A stretch of DNA of 64,000 nucleotides from Raillietiella orientalis (Eukaryota), in the NCBI GenBank assembly GCA_036172245.1, contig JAYWIR010000008.1:3782001-3846000 (forward strand), written 5' to 3'. The translations under genes were made by a program, and so were the position numbers. The stretch's first letter is position 1; every line of letters starts with the position of its first letter. Positions 37,254 through 50,600 of the stretch are shown here, piece after piece. The notes below the pieces were generated by a model. That model ran no database searches, was not told where the DNA came from, and saw nothing but the letters and a program-made list of their open reading frames with translations.

Positions 37254-37373
37254 AACAATGGTTTTTCAAAAATAACGCATCAACAATGGCCTGCCAGAAT
37301 TATTCCGCTAAAAACGGTTTGCTAACAATGGTTTGCCAGAAATAACCTGCTAACAATGACATGCCAACAGTAG
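37254..37373. repeat. Degenerate 14/28-bp tandem repeat (AACAATGGTTTGCC / AGAAATAACCTGCT-like)
   Basis: AACAATG at 37254, 37282, 37324 and 37352, variants at 37310 and 37366, and AGAAATAA-like half-units at 37268, 37296 and 37338. All spacings are multiples of 14. Confidence 0.8.
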
Positions 37374-40300
37374 TCTACTCCCTGATTGGCATTCGTTTAC
37401 CTTCGTTCACGGTGAAACCTTAACGCTTCTTAACGAAACGTGCAGCGAGAGCAGTTTCGCGGAAGGGTGAGTCATCGGACCCTGAAGATGGGAGGAGAGA
37501 GGAACGAACGGGAGCACTGGAGATTCCTAGCCGTGCTCAGGAGTCGCGAAGCCACAGTGACATCCAAAGAGCCTTCAACGCCGTTAATTGTGGCGGATAG
37601 CTGCCTCAGAGCTCTCAGCTCTTCTCCTCGCAACACCGGATCTCTCGGACAACGTCACTTCAGGTTACTTTGTTTCCGGGCGTGACCATCCCCGGAGGCG
37701 ACGACCCTTACCCACCCTTCCAGGTCCCGTCTAATCGTTCCAACTGCATGTTCCTGCTCATATGATGAGTTTCGATCCACAACGAGCAGGGTAAGGGTAC
37801 TCTGCCCCGGCAGCAGAGTGGCAAGCAGGCTTCCCGAAAAACCGCTCGAAGCGCACTGTGGAGAGAGGGAGGCCGGGATTTCCCCTCTGAGGTGTCTCGG
37901 AAAGGAGAAGCACTCGCAATACTTTCCTTCGTCGCCCCGAGTCTACTTGCGAGCGGTGCAAAAGGAAGAGGGGAGGACTCTGACCGGCGAGCGAGAGGGG
38001 TCCAGGAGGAACAGGCAGGGTCGCTCATCCACCCGTCCCGCCCTTGCCGCTCTTCTGCTCCCCCTCTCCAGCTTCGCTCCTCAGGAGAGCTTCTCGGAGT
38101 TCTAAGCGTCCGCGGGAGCGCGCGGGAGCGACGCGAGTCCCATATCGATTATTCTACTCTGTCTGATTCCGCCCTCTTCCCGAACAAACAGACAAACCCC
38201 CGGGAAGCTCCTGCAGTGCCGCACCAAAATTCCGAACGCTTGCCTTCTCCCCTTTGGGGCGGGGCGGGGGAGCAGGTGGCGACCCCCTCTTGCGGGTCTC
38301 TCTCATCTTCTGCCGACCGGGTTGCGTAGGAGGAGCGACTGCGGCTGCTCTCTTGCGGTCCCTCCTTCCCCCTCCCCCCTTCCCTCCGTTCCCATGACTA
38401 CTGGAGAGGGACAAAGCCAAAACAAAAAGCAAAGCGAAAAAAAAAAAAAAAAATCGATCCGAGGACAACCTCCGTGAGTGAGGGCGTCAACCAGAGCGCC
38501 GGATGGTCGACCGCCAACATTGCTTCCGGGGAGGGAAAGGACGATAGGGGGAAGAATAGAGGGCGCAATCGAAACCCTCCGTCATCGTCATGGAGACCAG
38601 GTTGCGGGGGCGGACCGGCACGCTCGCGTAGTTCCGGCCGACTGCCCACTTCCGCATCGCTGAGCCCTCGCTGCATCCGCGAGGGAGTGGTGCGTCCCCT
38701 CTTCCCGTGGCTAGAAAATTTGCACCTCCCTCGCCTGCCGGTCCTCCTCTCTCTTCGGAGGGAGGTTGCCTCCCTGGAGGAAATCATCTTTCCATCCGGG
38801 AGTGTTCAGTGGCAACAGGATCCACCATCCATACTGGAGAGAGAGGGTGGGGATAGGAGTAGGGGGAAGTCTCTCCCCCCCTCCCCGTGCCAGGGGACTC
38901 GAGCTCTGCACCCTACCCACTTCAGTCTTTAGCGAGCGCCCTTGGTCCGCCGTCACCTACCGCTGGAGGGGGGCTGACCGGTGGTAAACCTGAGACCCCC
39001 CAGCTGCGCCTTTTTCCAGGTGCAGGGGAACGGGAGTAGCCGTTGAAGAGGGGTGGTGTCGGGCCGAGAGGGAGCAGAGGGACTAGGGAAGAGGGGACTA
39101 GGGACTAGGCTTGTCCACCGCGAGGGCAGCGGAAGGAGGCCATAACCAGAGGGAGCTACCCCTCGGCGGCTTCGGGAACAGCTTCTCCTCACGATCCCTC
39201 CAGACGGGGTCGCAGAGACGTGGAGGGTCTCAACCGCGGGAATGCGAGAGGGAGACGAGGCGAAGCGGGCAAAGCTCTTGAGATTCCTGGAGGACATGCG
39301 TGTGCGCCCTCTCTCCCCCTCCTCCTCTTCCCTGTTGCCTACGAAGCGGGAGGGGAAGGGTTGGAGGAGCGGAGAAGACGTGCCCTCCGGGACGTGGGGT
39401 ATGCCGTCCGGAACGCTCTGGAGTCCGCGTACAGCCCCGCACCCTTCCACGGCCCTCTCGTGAAATCCGGGACGCGACCCCACATACCCGAGGAGGAGAC
39501 TCCAGGAATACTCTAGATCCAGGGATACGAGGGCACCCGGGGAAGTCCAATGGTAGGTGATCCCGCCGCTGCCCTTCCCTCTTCGACTAGCCCCTAGCGA
39601 TCACGGAGTTGCCCCTACGAGCGCTGGACACCCGGGAGCGGGCAGCGGGTGTCCTCCGAGGGGAGGAGCGTCTCTCAGGGTTCGGTCACGCGCCCCGAGC
39701 GAGCGTGCGCTCAGGGCCGTCACCTGCCTCTGCCGGGCGACGGACGCGCGCTCAGATGCGCACGTCAGTCGCGGTGTGCCGCGCCGCGGCGCAGCCGGCC
39801 TCGCGTCGTGTCGCCGGATGTCCCCGGGATTTGCCGCCTGTCGAGGACACCTCGCGAGCAGCGCTCCCTGTTCCGGACCCTCCACCGGGAGGCTCCTTCG
39901 CAGGGGACTCCGGGTCTTCTCGAGCAGAGACACACCGGGGGACCTCAAGGGCTCCTTCTTCCGGTATTCGTCATCGGGAACCGGGACCGGCTGCAAAGAG
40001 ACTCCTCCGGGAGTCCCCAGGAAGGGCAAGAAGTGGAGAGGCAACAGAGAGAAGAGGATCTTGAACGCCAGACCCTGTTCCTCTTCGGTCCTCTGCTTCC
40101 CGGGAAGGGGAGACAGCCTGGTGGGGTCCTTTTTAAAAAGGGTGTGCTCACTTCCACTATTCCCACCCCGGGCAAGGATTCCCTCTCTGGTGAGCTCCCT
40201 CTGTTCCCGGTAAGAGATGCCGGACTACGTCACTTCTGGAAAAGACCGGGGTGTTCCGGGCGACGGTCCGCTGCGGTAGGAAAGGAATGGAAACCTGTTC

Positions 40301-43300
40301 TCTCCTCCCCCCCCCGTGCACTTACGGCACCGCTCCCGCGCTCACTCGCAGGGGAGGCTGGGGGCGAGCGCCCACTTGCCCCCTCCTGCCCTTCGCTCGG
40401 ATGCTGCCCATCAAGTCTCTCGGAAGCTGATCTTCTACCGGTGGGAAAATTCGAACTTCGACTTCCGCCCCGTGCACCCCCCTGGACTGCGCCTCAGCCC
40501 TCTTTCCATCCCCTTCCTTTCCCCTTTTGTGTCCGACGGAGTCGAGCGGTTGATCTTCGGTCCCGCCAGGGACGAAAGAGAGGGAGGCAGGGGGGGAGTC
40601 AAGGGAGGCAGTGCAGCCGTCCTCATCCCTGACAGACGGGACGTGGAGGGCGTCGTGGAATCCCGACCTGCGTCTCTACTGCCTCCTTCCCTTTCCTGTT
40701 CCCGTTCGGACTCCGGAGGAGCCGCTTCCCGCCGGGAAGAATGCTTGGAATTCCCTCGGAATCATTCCGGGCGGCCGAGCGAGGGACGCGATGTTCCGAG
40801 TTTTCCCAGGCGTTTCGTCTCCAGGGCGACGGGACTCCCAGAGCCGTCTGGTATTCCCAGATCGAGGAAGGGCGCGGCGGCGGCCCCAGCGCTAAGGCAC
40901 ACCCGCTTTGCCGGCGCTTCGGGAGCAATGGAGCAGGGAGGGCAGCAAGTCGGGTACTCGAGGGTGATCCCTCCCCCTCCGTCGTGCTCCTAGGCGCATC
41001 ATTGCACCTGGAGGGAACACGCGCGGACTTTCTCGCTCGCCTCCTCAAGGCTGTGTGGGTCACAGGATCGAACCTGGGGAGCGAGGCGTCCTCAACCCAC
41101 GGGGACTTCCGGGGGTCTGGGATCCTGGATATCCCCTCAGCTTTCATCCTCCAGTCGCTCCAGAGCGCCGCTTCTTTGACCGGCTGTGGCGGACGTGAAG
41201 GAACCGTTCGCTTCGAGGAACAGCAGCCGGCTGCCCTGAGGAGGTGGCGGTGCCCACCGGAAGACGCCCGTGCGAGTCGGTCGCGGAAAGAAAGAGGGGA
41301 AGCGAAGGTCCAACAGCTCACCTGATCAGGGGAGGCAGGAACAAGGCGGTCGCTGCGTTCTTTGCCGCCGTCGTCTTCCTCCGCGGCTCCGCATCCGTCC
41401 GCCGTCTCGTCGGACTTTACGCTCATCCCCTCGGGGGATCCGGTCGCTCGGACTCAGCAGCCTGGAAGGACGAGTCATCATTCTCTTGTCCACCCCAGTC
41501 ACTCGCCTCCGAAGGAGACCCTCGCCCGCCCTCCTCCGTCACTGCTCCCGGCGGGGGCTTCTCTTTCTGCCAGGAAGCTCGAAGTGGTCGGATCTGTTTC
41601 CTGGAAGGAAAGGAGGAAAGGGGGAAGGGAAGGGAGGTTTTCCGAGGGGAAAACGCGAAGGGCTTTATGACCGGGATTGGTATCTCATGTTTACGGTCCA
41701 TTCTCTAGCAACGAGCCACGCCGCGTCCCCCGGTAAAGATTTGGACATGTTCCAAACACACGATAATGGATCCCTTTTACAATAATGAATTTTCTTTGAA
41801 GATGGTTACTAGAAAGAGAAACAGAGGGGGCACCATGGAGAGATGTAGGTACGAAAGGAAAGTTTAGAATCGGCGCTCACCATCGGGAATGGATGGCCAG
41901 AGGGCACCTCTAAGAGATGGCTGAAATCGTCGTTTGATTTCCCACAAACCAAAAAAAGGAAAATTCAGCAGGAAGGAAACAGAAGGAAAGAAGGAGAAAG
42001 AGAAAAAAAAAAAAAAAAACAGAAGTATCTGAACGAACCCAACGATCGAATTTCGTTTCCTCTGCGTACGCACTAGGCACACGCACGCACACACAAAGGA
42101 TGGTTGCGATTTGATTTTGTGATTTGCGGTTTGTACGGATGCAGGAAAAATGTAGAAAATCGCGTCTCCCCCCCCCCCCCCCCCTCGTATTTGCCATCTC
42201 GACTTCCGCAGCACAGGTGCCGCGACTGCTCGCAGCTTTCCGCATTGTTTAAACGAGTGGGCAGCTATTTTTACCGATCCATTGTTGCCGCCTCTGCTGC
42301 GAATCGTTTTCCATGGTTACCGCCGGTGTTCGCCCCGTCCCCATTGTCGGTTCGTTGGGGCAGCAGCGCAGCTCGGGTGTTCTGGACCTCCCCCTTCGGC
42401 TTTCGCGAACTCGGTTCGGTCGCGCGTGGCAACCATGTGCGGCACGTAGCAAGTGTACCGCCCTCTCCGAGGCCTGGAACGCACGCCAAGTGCAAACGAA
42501 ATGATTGCATTCGTGTTCGGTGAATTCATTACCGATAGCAATTAGCGGGGACACCTAAGCGCAAGATCCAAGCAAGGAAAGGAAGAAGAAAAGGAAAGCA
42601 GCAGCCAACTGAACACGCAGTGAGTGCCTCCCCTATAAGAAATTCCCCGTCCGCCCTCGTCTTTCGTTCGGGTCCTCTGGGCTGCAGGATCGGAAAAGGA
42701 CACACACGGCTTCACCAGCATCTTCTTTTCGGGAGATGCGTCCGGAAAGCAATTACGAACCCGATATAATTTGCAATGCTTTCTCAGTTTGAAATACTGC
42801 TACATCTCTCCCCATAATCGCTTTGATCCATCATCTCGAGGAATGAGCATGAGTTATAGAGTTTCCTTTTTAAATAATTCCACAGCTTTCGCAGGAAGAG
42901 CTCATCCGGATTCCACTCCCAAGGATTCCTACATCCGAAATCGTTTTTCCGCTTCTCCCCCAGCGCCGCCTGCGTCACTCGCAGTTGTTCCAGAAGAGAC
43001 GAGCTGCGACGCGCGCGCATGTTGTTTTCCTCGGGGTGCTTTTAATGCTCAGTCGTTGGAGATGGAGGCAGCAGATTCCGGGAATTTCTCACCGGGCATG
43101 CGTTGCATCGGAATCAGGCGGTCGCTCCGCCGGGACTGATGGACGGACTGCTGCTGCTGCTGCTTCTTCTGTTTTCCCTTCTTGTGGCGCAGTACGGGAG
43201 CGTTCGGAGACCCGCGGGAACGCGTGAAGCGCCGCCGCTCAGTGGCGATGTTCGTCGCGTCTGGGAGGCGGAGCTGATTATCATACCGCTCCCGTACCTC

Positions 43301-46300
43301 TCTCCTCGCCCCGTTGCGGTGGTCACGGTGGTCTCTCCCCCATCCTCCTCAAGGTTCCGGGTGCCAGAGACCAATTCTCCGCTTCCCGCTGCGAGCTCTT
43401 GCGAGAGACGGAGGAATGGAGAGGAAGGAGCGCCCCTTCTCTTCCTCCTCCCTATTTTGCTTTTTTTGTCCTTCTTTTTTAAGAACCAGTAGAGACCTCA
43501 CGAAGAGATCGCAACTATTGACCTGGGATGATGGAAATCCTCTTTGGATTCTCCCGTTTCGCTGCTTTCCTTTCAACATTTTTTTTTTCGTTTTTTTGGG
43601 GGTGGTTTGCTAAGGACTCAAGAACCGTGGGTGCTCGGTGTTTAATCGAAGAACACTACCTGGGGGGATTCGCTTGCGCTGCCCCCTTCGTGGTCAAGTT
43701 GGGCTCTCGCTTGAGGACAGCTGCTACTGAGGATGCGGTGGTTGGACCAAAGGCCCTCCACCCTTCTAGCTGTTTTCCAAGGCATCCATGCTTCCTGGAA
43801 GCTACAGCAACTGCTCTTAAGGAAGAAGGCGCGCTGGTGGTGCGCTGGGAATGAAGTCAGAATCTTCGTCGCCGAGGCGCTCTCTTAGGGCGAGATTTCG
43901 GATCCCGAGGAGAGGTTGTTGTCGAGGTCATCTTCTTCCGCTCTCTCCTCCTTTTGCTCTCCTCCCACTCGCTCTCTCCCCCTCTGCGGCGCCTACCCAG
44001 TCGTCATGGTTACTGAGGTGAGGAGCGAAAAGTCGATTCCTCCCTCCTCTACTCTCGGGATCCGACCGACGAAGGGCTGGACCTGACTGCGTTTGCAACA
44101 GTGGGGTCGTCCGGTGGTGACCTTTACCAAGACGACTAAGGTGGTTCCTCTGAACTTTCTCCCTGCTCAACCCCTGATCGGCCTCCTGCCGATCGAGGAA
44201 AATGCTCCCCCTCTCCTACCCCCCTCTCCCTCCCCCTTTCCAAAGTTTCCTTCCAGGTGAAATTCGGAACACCGCATCCCCCAGCTCGGCAGCTCGACCT
44301 CACATTCGTCGTTTCCTCATTCGCCGCCAGGTCGGCGCTTGGAGAGTTTCGCCTGCTGCTCGCGGTTGCGGAGGGCCTGTCGTCGGACGGACCCACCTGG
44401 CGCTGTCACTCACTGCTCGTGAGCCGTCCGTCGACGACCGCCCCACGCGAATGCTGTGCGATGGTCATTCGTGCTGCCCCTGTATGCAGGGCGCCCCACG
44501 AGTTCCCTCGAGTACGGGTCCTCGCGTTTCCAGAGGTTCCGCGTCCCTCTCTCGGTCCCTCGCGCGCGGAAGCGCTCCCGGTTCCGGTCCGAAGGAAGTC
44601 CCCTCGCGCGGCGTCCTTCCGCCCGACCTTCAGCTCCCCTTTGAATGCACCGCGGGTTCTTGTCAGAGGCGCCATTAGTCGCGGGGAAAAAAGAGCCCTC
44701 GGGGCGTGCGGCGAGCGATCCCGGGAGTCCGGGGCTCACGCATTCGTCGCAGAAAGAGCACCCCCTGCCGCCTGGGACTCTCGCCTTTCGGCACACCTCT
44801 TTTCCGTGCCTCGCTCCCGAAATTTCCCCCTCCCCGGCCGACCATGGTCGAGCGAGCCCGCCAGCGACTGCGCTTCGTCGGCAGGCGACGCAGGCCGCTC
44901 TCCAGATGGAGCAGGGGAGGGGAAAGGAGGGGGGGTCAGCGGTCTCCTCCGCTCCCCTTCTCGCGCTGAGCGAAGAGTCTCGGTGCAGTCCCGGCTAGTT
45001 CTCGAAAACTCCACTACTCGCCTCTGGAGGTGCGTTCGGCGCGCTCTGAAGCAGCCATGTCCGCGCGTCCACCACCACACCTGCACGTTGGGCGGATCCG
45101 CGCGCTCGGCACCACCGCGTCCACGCCTGCATTCCGGTGCATCCGCGCAGGATGTTCTCCTCTTCCAAGTGTGCAGCTGAGCTCAGGGCACGCACGCGCT
45201 CGCGGAGCGGAGCCTTGGCATCGCGCCAGCAGCCGGTCGGAGTGTCTCCCCACTACACCACTGACAGCGCTGTGCTCGATGTCCGTGGTTGGGACGGTGG
45301 CTCGAGCGACTCTCGCCTTCGGGTGCCCCTGTCCGTACCACGGAGGGCCTGCCGCGCCCGGGCGCGTCGGTTCGTTCTCAACGAGAGTTCTCCCCGAGAA
45401 TAAAACCTTCATAACCGTTCCAGAACGTTCTCGGAGGAGGGGGGGAGAGTCGAGAGGCCCTGAGAAGGCGCTTTCGATGGTCCGGTCCTTTTCCCCTGCG
45501 GGATCCCGAAGGGGCCGCGCTCAATGAGTCCTTGCGGGTCGGACTCTCCCCGGAGATCTCCCGCTTACGTGGTGCCCGGTGGGAAGTTTCTGGACGCTCC
45601 TCCCCTGCTCTCCCCCGCCCTTCAGGGCGCATGGGACATTGCCCATCCACTCCGACTTCTCTCTCGCCACGCGCGGCGACTCCCGAGACAAAGAAGCGGA
45701 CTCTCCTCCTCCTCCTCTTCCCGGAATCGCCGTTCCCCTCCCGGAGAGAGAACTTCCCAGAGATCCCTACGCAGCCCCTCTGGCGAAGATGTGGGCCGCC
45801 CGAGCGCGTTTCTCCTCCCCATGGCGAGATCCGAACAGGAGGAAGGGGAGACGTCAAAGAGCTGCCCGGTGAGCCTTGGCCCCTCAGATCTCTCTGGAGC
45901 TTCGTCACTGCTCCGTGGTGCGCCCGCCCGTGCTTTCAGGAGTCGGCCCGAGAGGAGGTTCTTCCCGTTCTCTTCGGGCAATGGGGTGACCCGACCTCGT
46001 TCTGGGACTCGCGCGGCCACCAAGATGCAGATCAGCCGACTGCGAGTGGACAGTTTCCGGAGCTGCGGCTTCTCGGAGGGGAAAGTTCGACGCCGCAGGG
46101 CGAAGGACCCGTTCCACGCCTCAGGACTGGTCAACTGCCGCCCACGGTGCTACAGGGTCATGGAGGCAGCGCCCTCCTGGCTCCCGCCGTCCTGTTACGT
46201 CCCCCTTCTTGGTGGCCTTGCGGACTCAGCGGGAGGACCCTCTCACCCGCTCTGGGTGGTTAAGATCGGTGGCAGGGCTGCTGATACTGCTGCCGCTGGT

Positions 46301-47656
46301 TCCTTCACCCGCGTCCCCTTGACGAGGAGCCGCACCTCCCCTGGAAGGCGGCGGCCGGAGAAGCAGGGAAAGAGTCACCGTGGACGGACTGTGGGGTGCT
46401 CCATCCCACAGTCCGTTCACTAAACACATGATGCTGCCGTGCGAAGACCGAAGTGAGGGAGGGGAAGGAGGAGAGAGCTCCCCCAGTGGCAGTTATCCAC
46501 CCTGTCTGGAGCTCCGCTGCTGCCAATGAGGCACTCAAGAGCAGAGGAGATCGCCGATCGTCCTCCGCGCCACCATCGCCCTCACCCGAGGGACTCGCGG
46601 ACGACGGCCTTTAAGGGGGTGCCAGTGCAGTCCCTTGTGGGGTTGGGGGGTTGGACGTGGCGTCCCTTCGTCAAAAGAAGAGGGAGGAAGGGGAGGGGGG
46701 CGAAACCGGCGCGCGTCGATGGTCCTCCTTGAAGTTATCACCGGCTCCTCGCACCTTCTCGAGAAAGGAAGGCAGAGGCACATCTCGTGCGCGCGGCTCC
46801 CTTCCGCAAGGGAAGTCAGTCGCACCGTCGTCCACGAAGCAGCGGGCGCTGCTGGCTCGGAGGAAAGGGGCAGGGCCACTGGGATCTGCCCGCGTCCAGG
46901 GGAGCACACGAGAGAGGGGAGGGGAACGACCGCTCTCGCCTCCAGGCTAAGGGTAAAAGGCTGCCACCGTCGACGTCTGCCTCCCTCCCCCGCTGGATTG
47001 GCATCCTTCGGGAACGGAGGAAGGGGATAGGGAGGAGGTGGGTGAAAATCTGGAGATGGAGATGGAGCTGTGGGTAAAGGTGAGGAAGGTCCAGTAGTGG
47101 AGTCGCGAGCACTCCCCGCCGCAGGGACTTTCCGGGACGGCCGTCGCTGGAGGCGGCGGCGCCATTTCCCTTTGCATTCTCGTCGCTCCACTCCGCGGAG
47201 GCTGCGCGCTGGAGCCGCCCCGACGACCCTTTCCCCGAGGGCGCGGGGGCAAGGACAGGATCTCCCCGGCAGCGAACCCCCGTCTCTGGGAAACCGTTCG
47301 TGGTTGCCGCTCTCGTGCACCGAGGGGATGCTCGCCCTCCCCGGGCTCTCCTCTCACTGGAGATTGGGCACGGCGCGCCGACCTGGTCCGGAGGTCGCGC
47401 GCCTCTTTCCTCACCCTCCCACTCGCGTGGGTGCGGTCGGGAGGCAACTCACGGGAAGGTGGAAAGGGAAGGACGGGGACGGCCGGGGCGCCCGTGCCGA
47501 TGAGTTCTCGCCACGCCACTCCGTGGCAGCTGCGCGACGACGCCGCGAGGGTGTAACTGTGGCGACGGGGTGCGCGAGGTCAGGACTCGAGACCGACCCT
47601 CATGGTGCTGTCCCTCTGACCTCTGCAAGCGGAGGACGAGCACCGGGGAGGCTCAC

Positions 47657-47670
47657 GTAGGCCATCTTGG
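47657..47670 (-). promoter_or_regulatory. CCAAGATGGC (YY1-like/start motif) with a 3-codon Met-Ala-Tyr exon end and GTGAGC donor
   Basis: Minus strand reads ccctccaagATGGCCTAC|gtgagc, with ATG at 47665-47663 and the donor at 47656, at the edge of a very CpG-rich block (about 47.6-48.9 kb). Confidence 0.35.
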
Positions 47671-50600
47671 AGGGAAGGGGAAGCGCGCGCGAGCGGCGAC
47701 GCGCACAAATGGTACAGATACCGAGTGAGAGGCCGGAGGAGTCTCCTTGACGACGACGTGGACGATGACGATGACTCTCCGAGAGAAGCATCCGAACCGC
47801 TGTGGCAGCAGCTGCACGCTCTTGTGGCGCCGCTGCTGGCTCCGCTTCCGTGTCTCCGAGGAGGACCGTGGGTAGGCGGGCGGATGGGGGTGAGGGAGGC
47901 GGAAGCGGGGAACGAGGGGGGAGGGAGGGAGGGAGGGAAGAAGCTCGGCGAAGAAGTCGCCGCTGCACACTCCACGCACAGCCGACGGCGCCTCACTCGC
48001 ACGCGCGCGTCCGCCGTCGCCGGGAGCCACACTGAGATGCGGCCGCATCCCCCCACGGAAATCCCCACGGCGGCGGAGCGGCGGAAACGGGAAGGGGAGG
48101 GGAGAAAGAAAGGGAAGGGACGCAGGGAGGGAAGGAGGGGAAAACGTGAACGCGCGATCTGCTGCCGACGCCGACGCCGTCCTCGGGGACCCGCAGCCTC
48201 CGGACCAGGTCGGCGCGCAGGGACCGTTCCCCGATGCCCGGGAGAGGGCGAACACCCCCTCGGCGGACAAAAGCAGGAACCGCGCGCGACTTCCCTGAGG
48301 AGAGGGCTCGCTGCCCGCAAGACCCTGACCCCGCCACGCGCCCACGGGAAAAGGGCCGCTGGAGGCGCGCCCGCTGCTACTCGGGGCGTTCCGGAAAATC
48401 CCCCGCTGCTGCAGTCGCCTACCGCCCTTTCGCGGGAGGTGCGGCCTTCCACCCGTCCTCGCAAGGTCCCTCCCGATCCCTCCCTCCAATGGAGGTGTCC
48501 GGTCCTCCGGGGGGCATCTGACCTGTGTCGACAGCGCTCCTTCGTCGCTTCCCAGAACTCCAGCACGGAGCTCGGCGCCCTGGGGCGTACCCGCTCGCTC
48601 GCACACGTATGCCCGCCCGCCCTGCCCTTCCACGACCGCTCCCGCGCGCGCCAGCTGCGGCGCGCCAGCCGCCCCGCCGTCGGCGTCCCGGACACGCGCG
48701 GGGGAGAGCGGACGCTCGGCAGGTGCACCTCTCTCGGATGCATGCATGCGCGCGCGGGACCAGCCCCATCGCGTTTGTGGGCGCCAGCCGCGCCCTACAT
48801 GAGGTCCATGCTCGCTCCCTGCAGAGGGACAGCCCGGGACGCCCAACCCTCATCCAGGAGCGCGCGGCTCCCGACGGCCACATAAATCATGGGAAGAGTC
48901 CGGGGGGGGAAGAGCAGAATGCGCCTGATGTATGGAAGAAGGGGGCCTCAGCCGACCCCGATTCCCCAGAGGTGGAGGAAGCAGCTTAGACGTGGGGGCT
49001 CGGGCCTCACAGGCTTCCCAATTTCCAAGAGAGAGGGGGACCAGCGGAGGTCCCGAGAATAGGAGACAGACCTGCCGAGGGCGATCCATCTTTCCTATCG
49101 CTACCCCATTTCCTTCTGGCTTGCTTCACGACACCCCTCTTCCACCTTCTCACCCCCCGGCTTCCCCAAGTTGCGCTGACGCGACCTTGCCGACCGGTTG
49201 CGGTCGCTCCACCTGAAGGCGCGCTTTGCGTTCCTGTGGCGATGCTCCGGCCGACTACCCTTCTTACCTCCCTTTCCCTTCTCCTCCTTCCGCGGAATCG
49301 CGAAAATTCCCTCGCAGGTCCTCTGATTCCGAGACATCTGCTTTAGGACTGGAAAATGTGCGAAGAGGAGGAGGAGGGAGAATGGAGGAAGGAAGAAGAA
49401 GAGAGGAAGAGGAGGAGAAGGGAGGAGGGAGGAATAATCTGCTTTCCTGGGGCCCTCATTAGCACCCTCGGCAAGTGTCTCTCAGTCCTTCCTCAGGCAA
49501 CGCGACGGAGGGGTGCCAGTCTCCGGAGAGGGATCCCCAGTCTCCCTGTCCCCTGCATAGGCTGTTCCCCGGGAGCAGGACTGAGAAGGTGGTTTGGACC
49601 AGCGTCTGGCTCGGCCCCCAGAGGCGCGCGTGGGAAAGAGGACGGAAGGCTGGACGGGGACCTCCAGTTCCGAAAGGAGATCCGCCTCGAGGGAGTGAAG
49701 CTGATCGAGGGACGGGGTTGATCAGCAAGGAAGGACAGATCCTGCCGAGACCGTGGTCGATTCTTTCCGGGGAGAAAATCAGGGAAGGACAATCTCCGAG
49801 AGCGCTCTCTCATCCTCTACATTTTCTAGACCACACTACTGCCCTACCCTATGCCCTACAGAGTGCCCTACGAGAGGAGACCTCCGGGAAGAGAGGGTGA
49901 GCAGCTTCCGAAGGGTCGCGCGCTCTTTTTGCACCTGCGGTGCGCTTCAGTGAAGCGGCACGCAGCAACGGCGGGATCCTAAAATAGTCCGTTCCCGTCG
50001 CCATGGCAGTGATCTCCATTGCCCCTGGGCCGCAAGGTGAAGCCCTCCTCTCAGCTCGCGGGAGGGGGTCGCAGAGATCAGGAAGCGCTCCGTTTCTTCC
50101 GAGTGCAGCGATAGGAAGGAGGAGCAGCTTCCCTGGCAGCGAAGTGGGAGAGGTCCAGGAGGGGCAGGTGGAGGAGGCGCGCCAGCGTCCGCGCCGCGGC
50201 CAAGAGCCGAGCACGCTCGTTCTTCCCTCCCCATCTCTGGTTCGACGCAAAGGGCAGGGGGAAAGAAAGGAAAGAGAAACGGTGCGAGGAGAGGACTGCG
50301 GTGCCCATGCGCCGCGTTTTGCACCTCGGTCTGAGCCCTTTCCCTTGAGATGAGAACCCCAGGAAACCCCGAGGATCACCTTGGTGTCTCCTCTTCTCCT
50401 TCTGTTCGATGCTTTCTGGACAGGCCCTCCACGGCCCTTTTCCGAGCCTCGAGGTGTGTGGTGGCCTCTGGAAGCCACTCTTCCCGCTCCCTCAGAGGGT
50501 GTTTCGACGCAGGAGGGGGACCGAAGGACCATGCCCTTTCGGTTCTCCCGGAGAAGAATCCCCTCGCTGAAGATGCGCGGAAGGGCAGGGGGAGGAGTTC

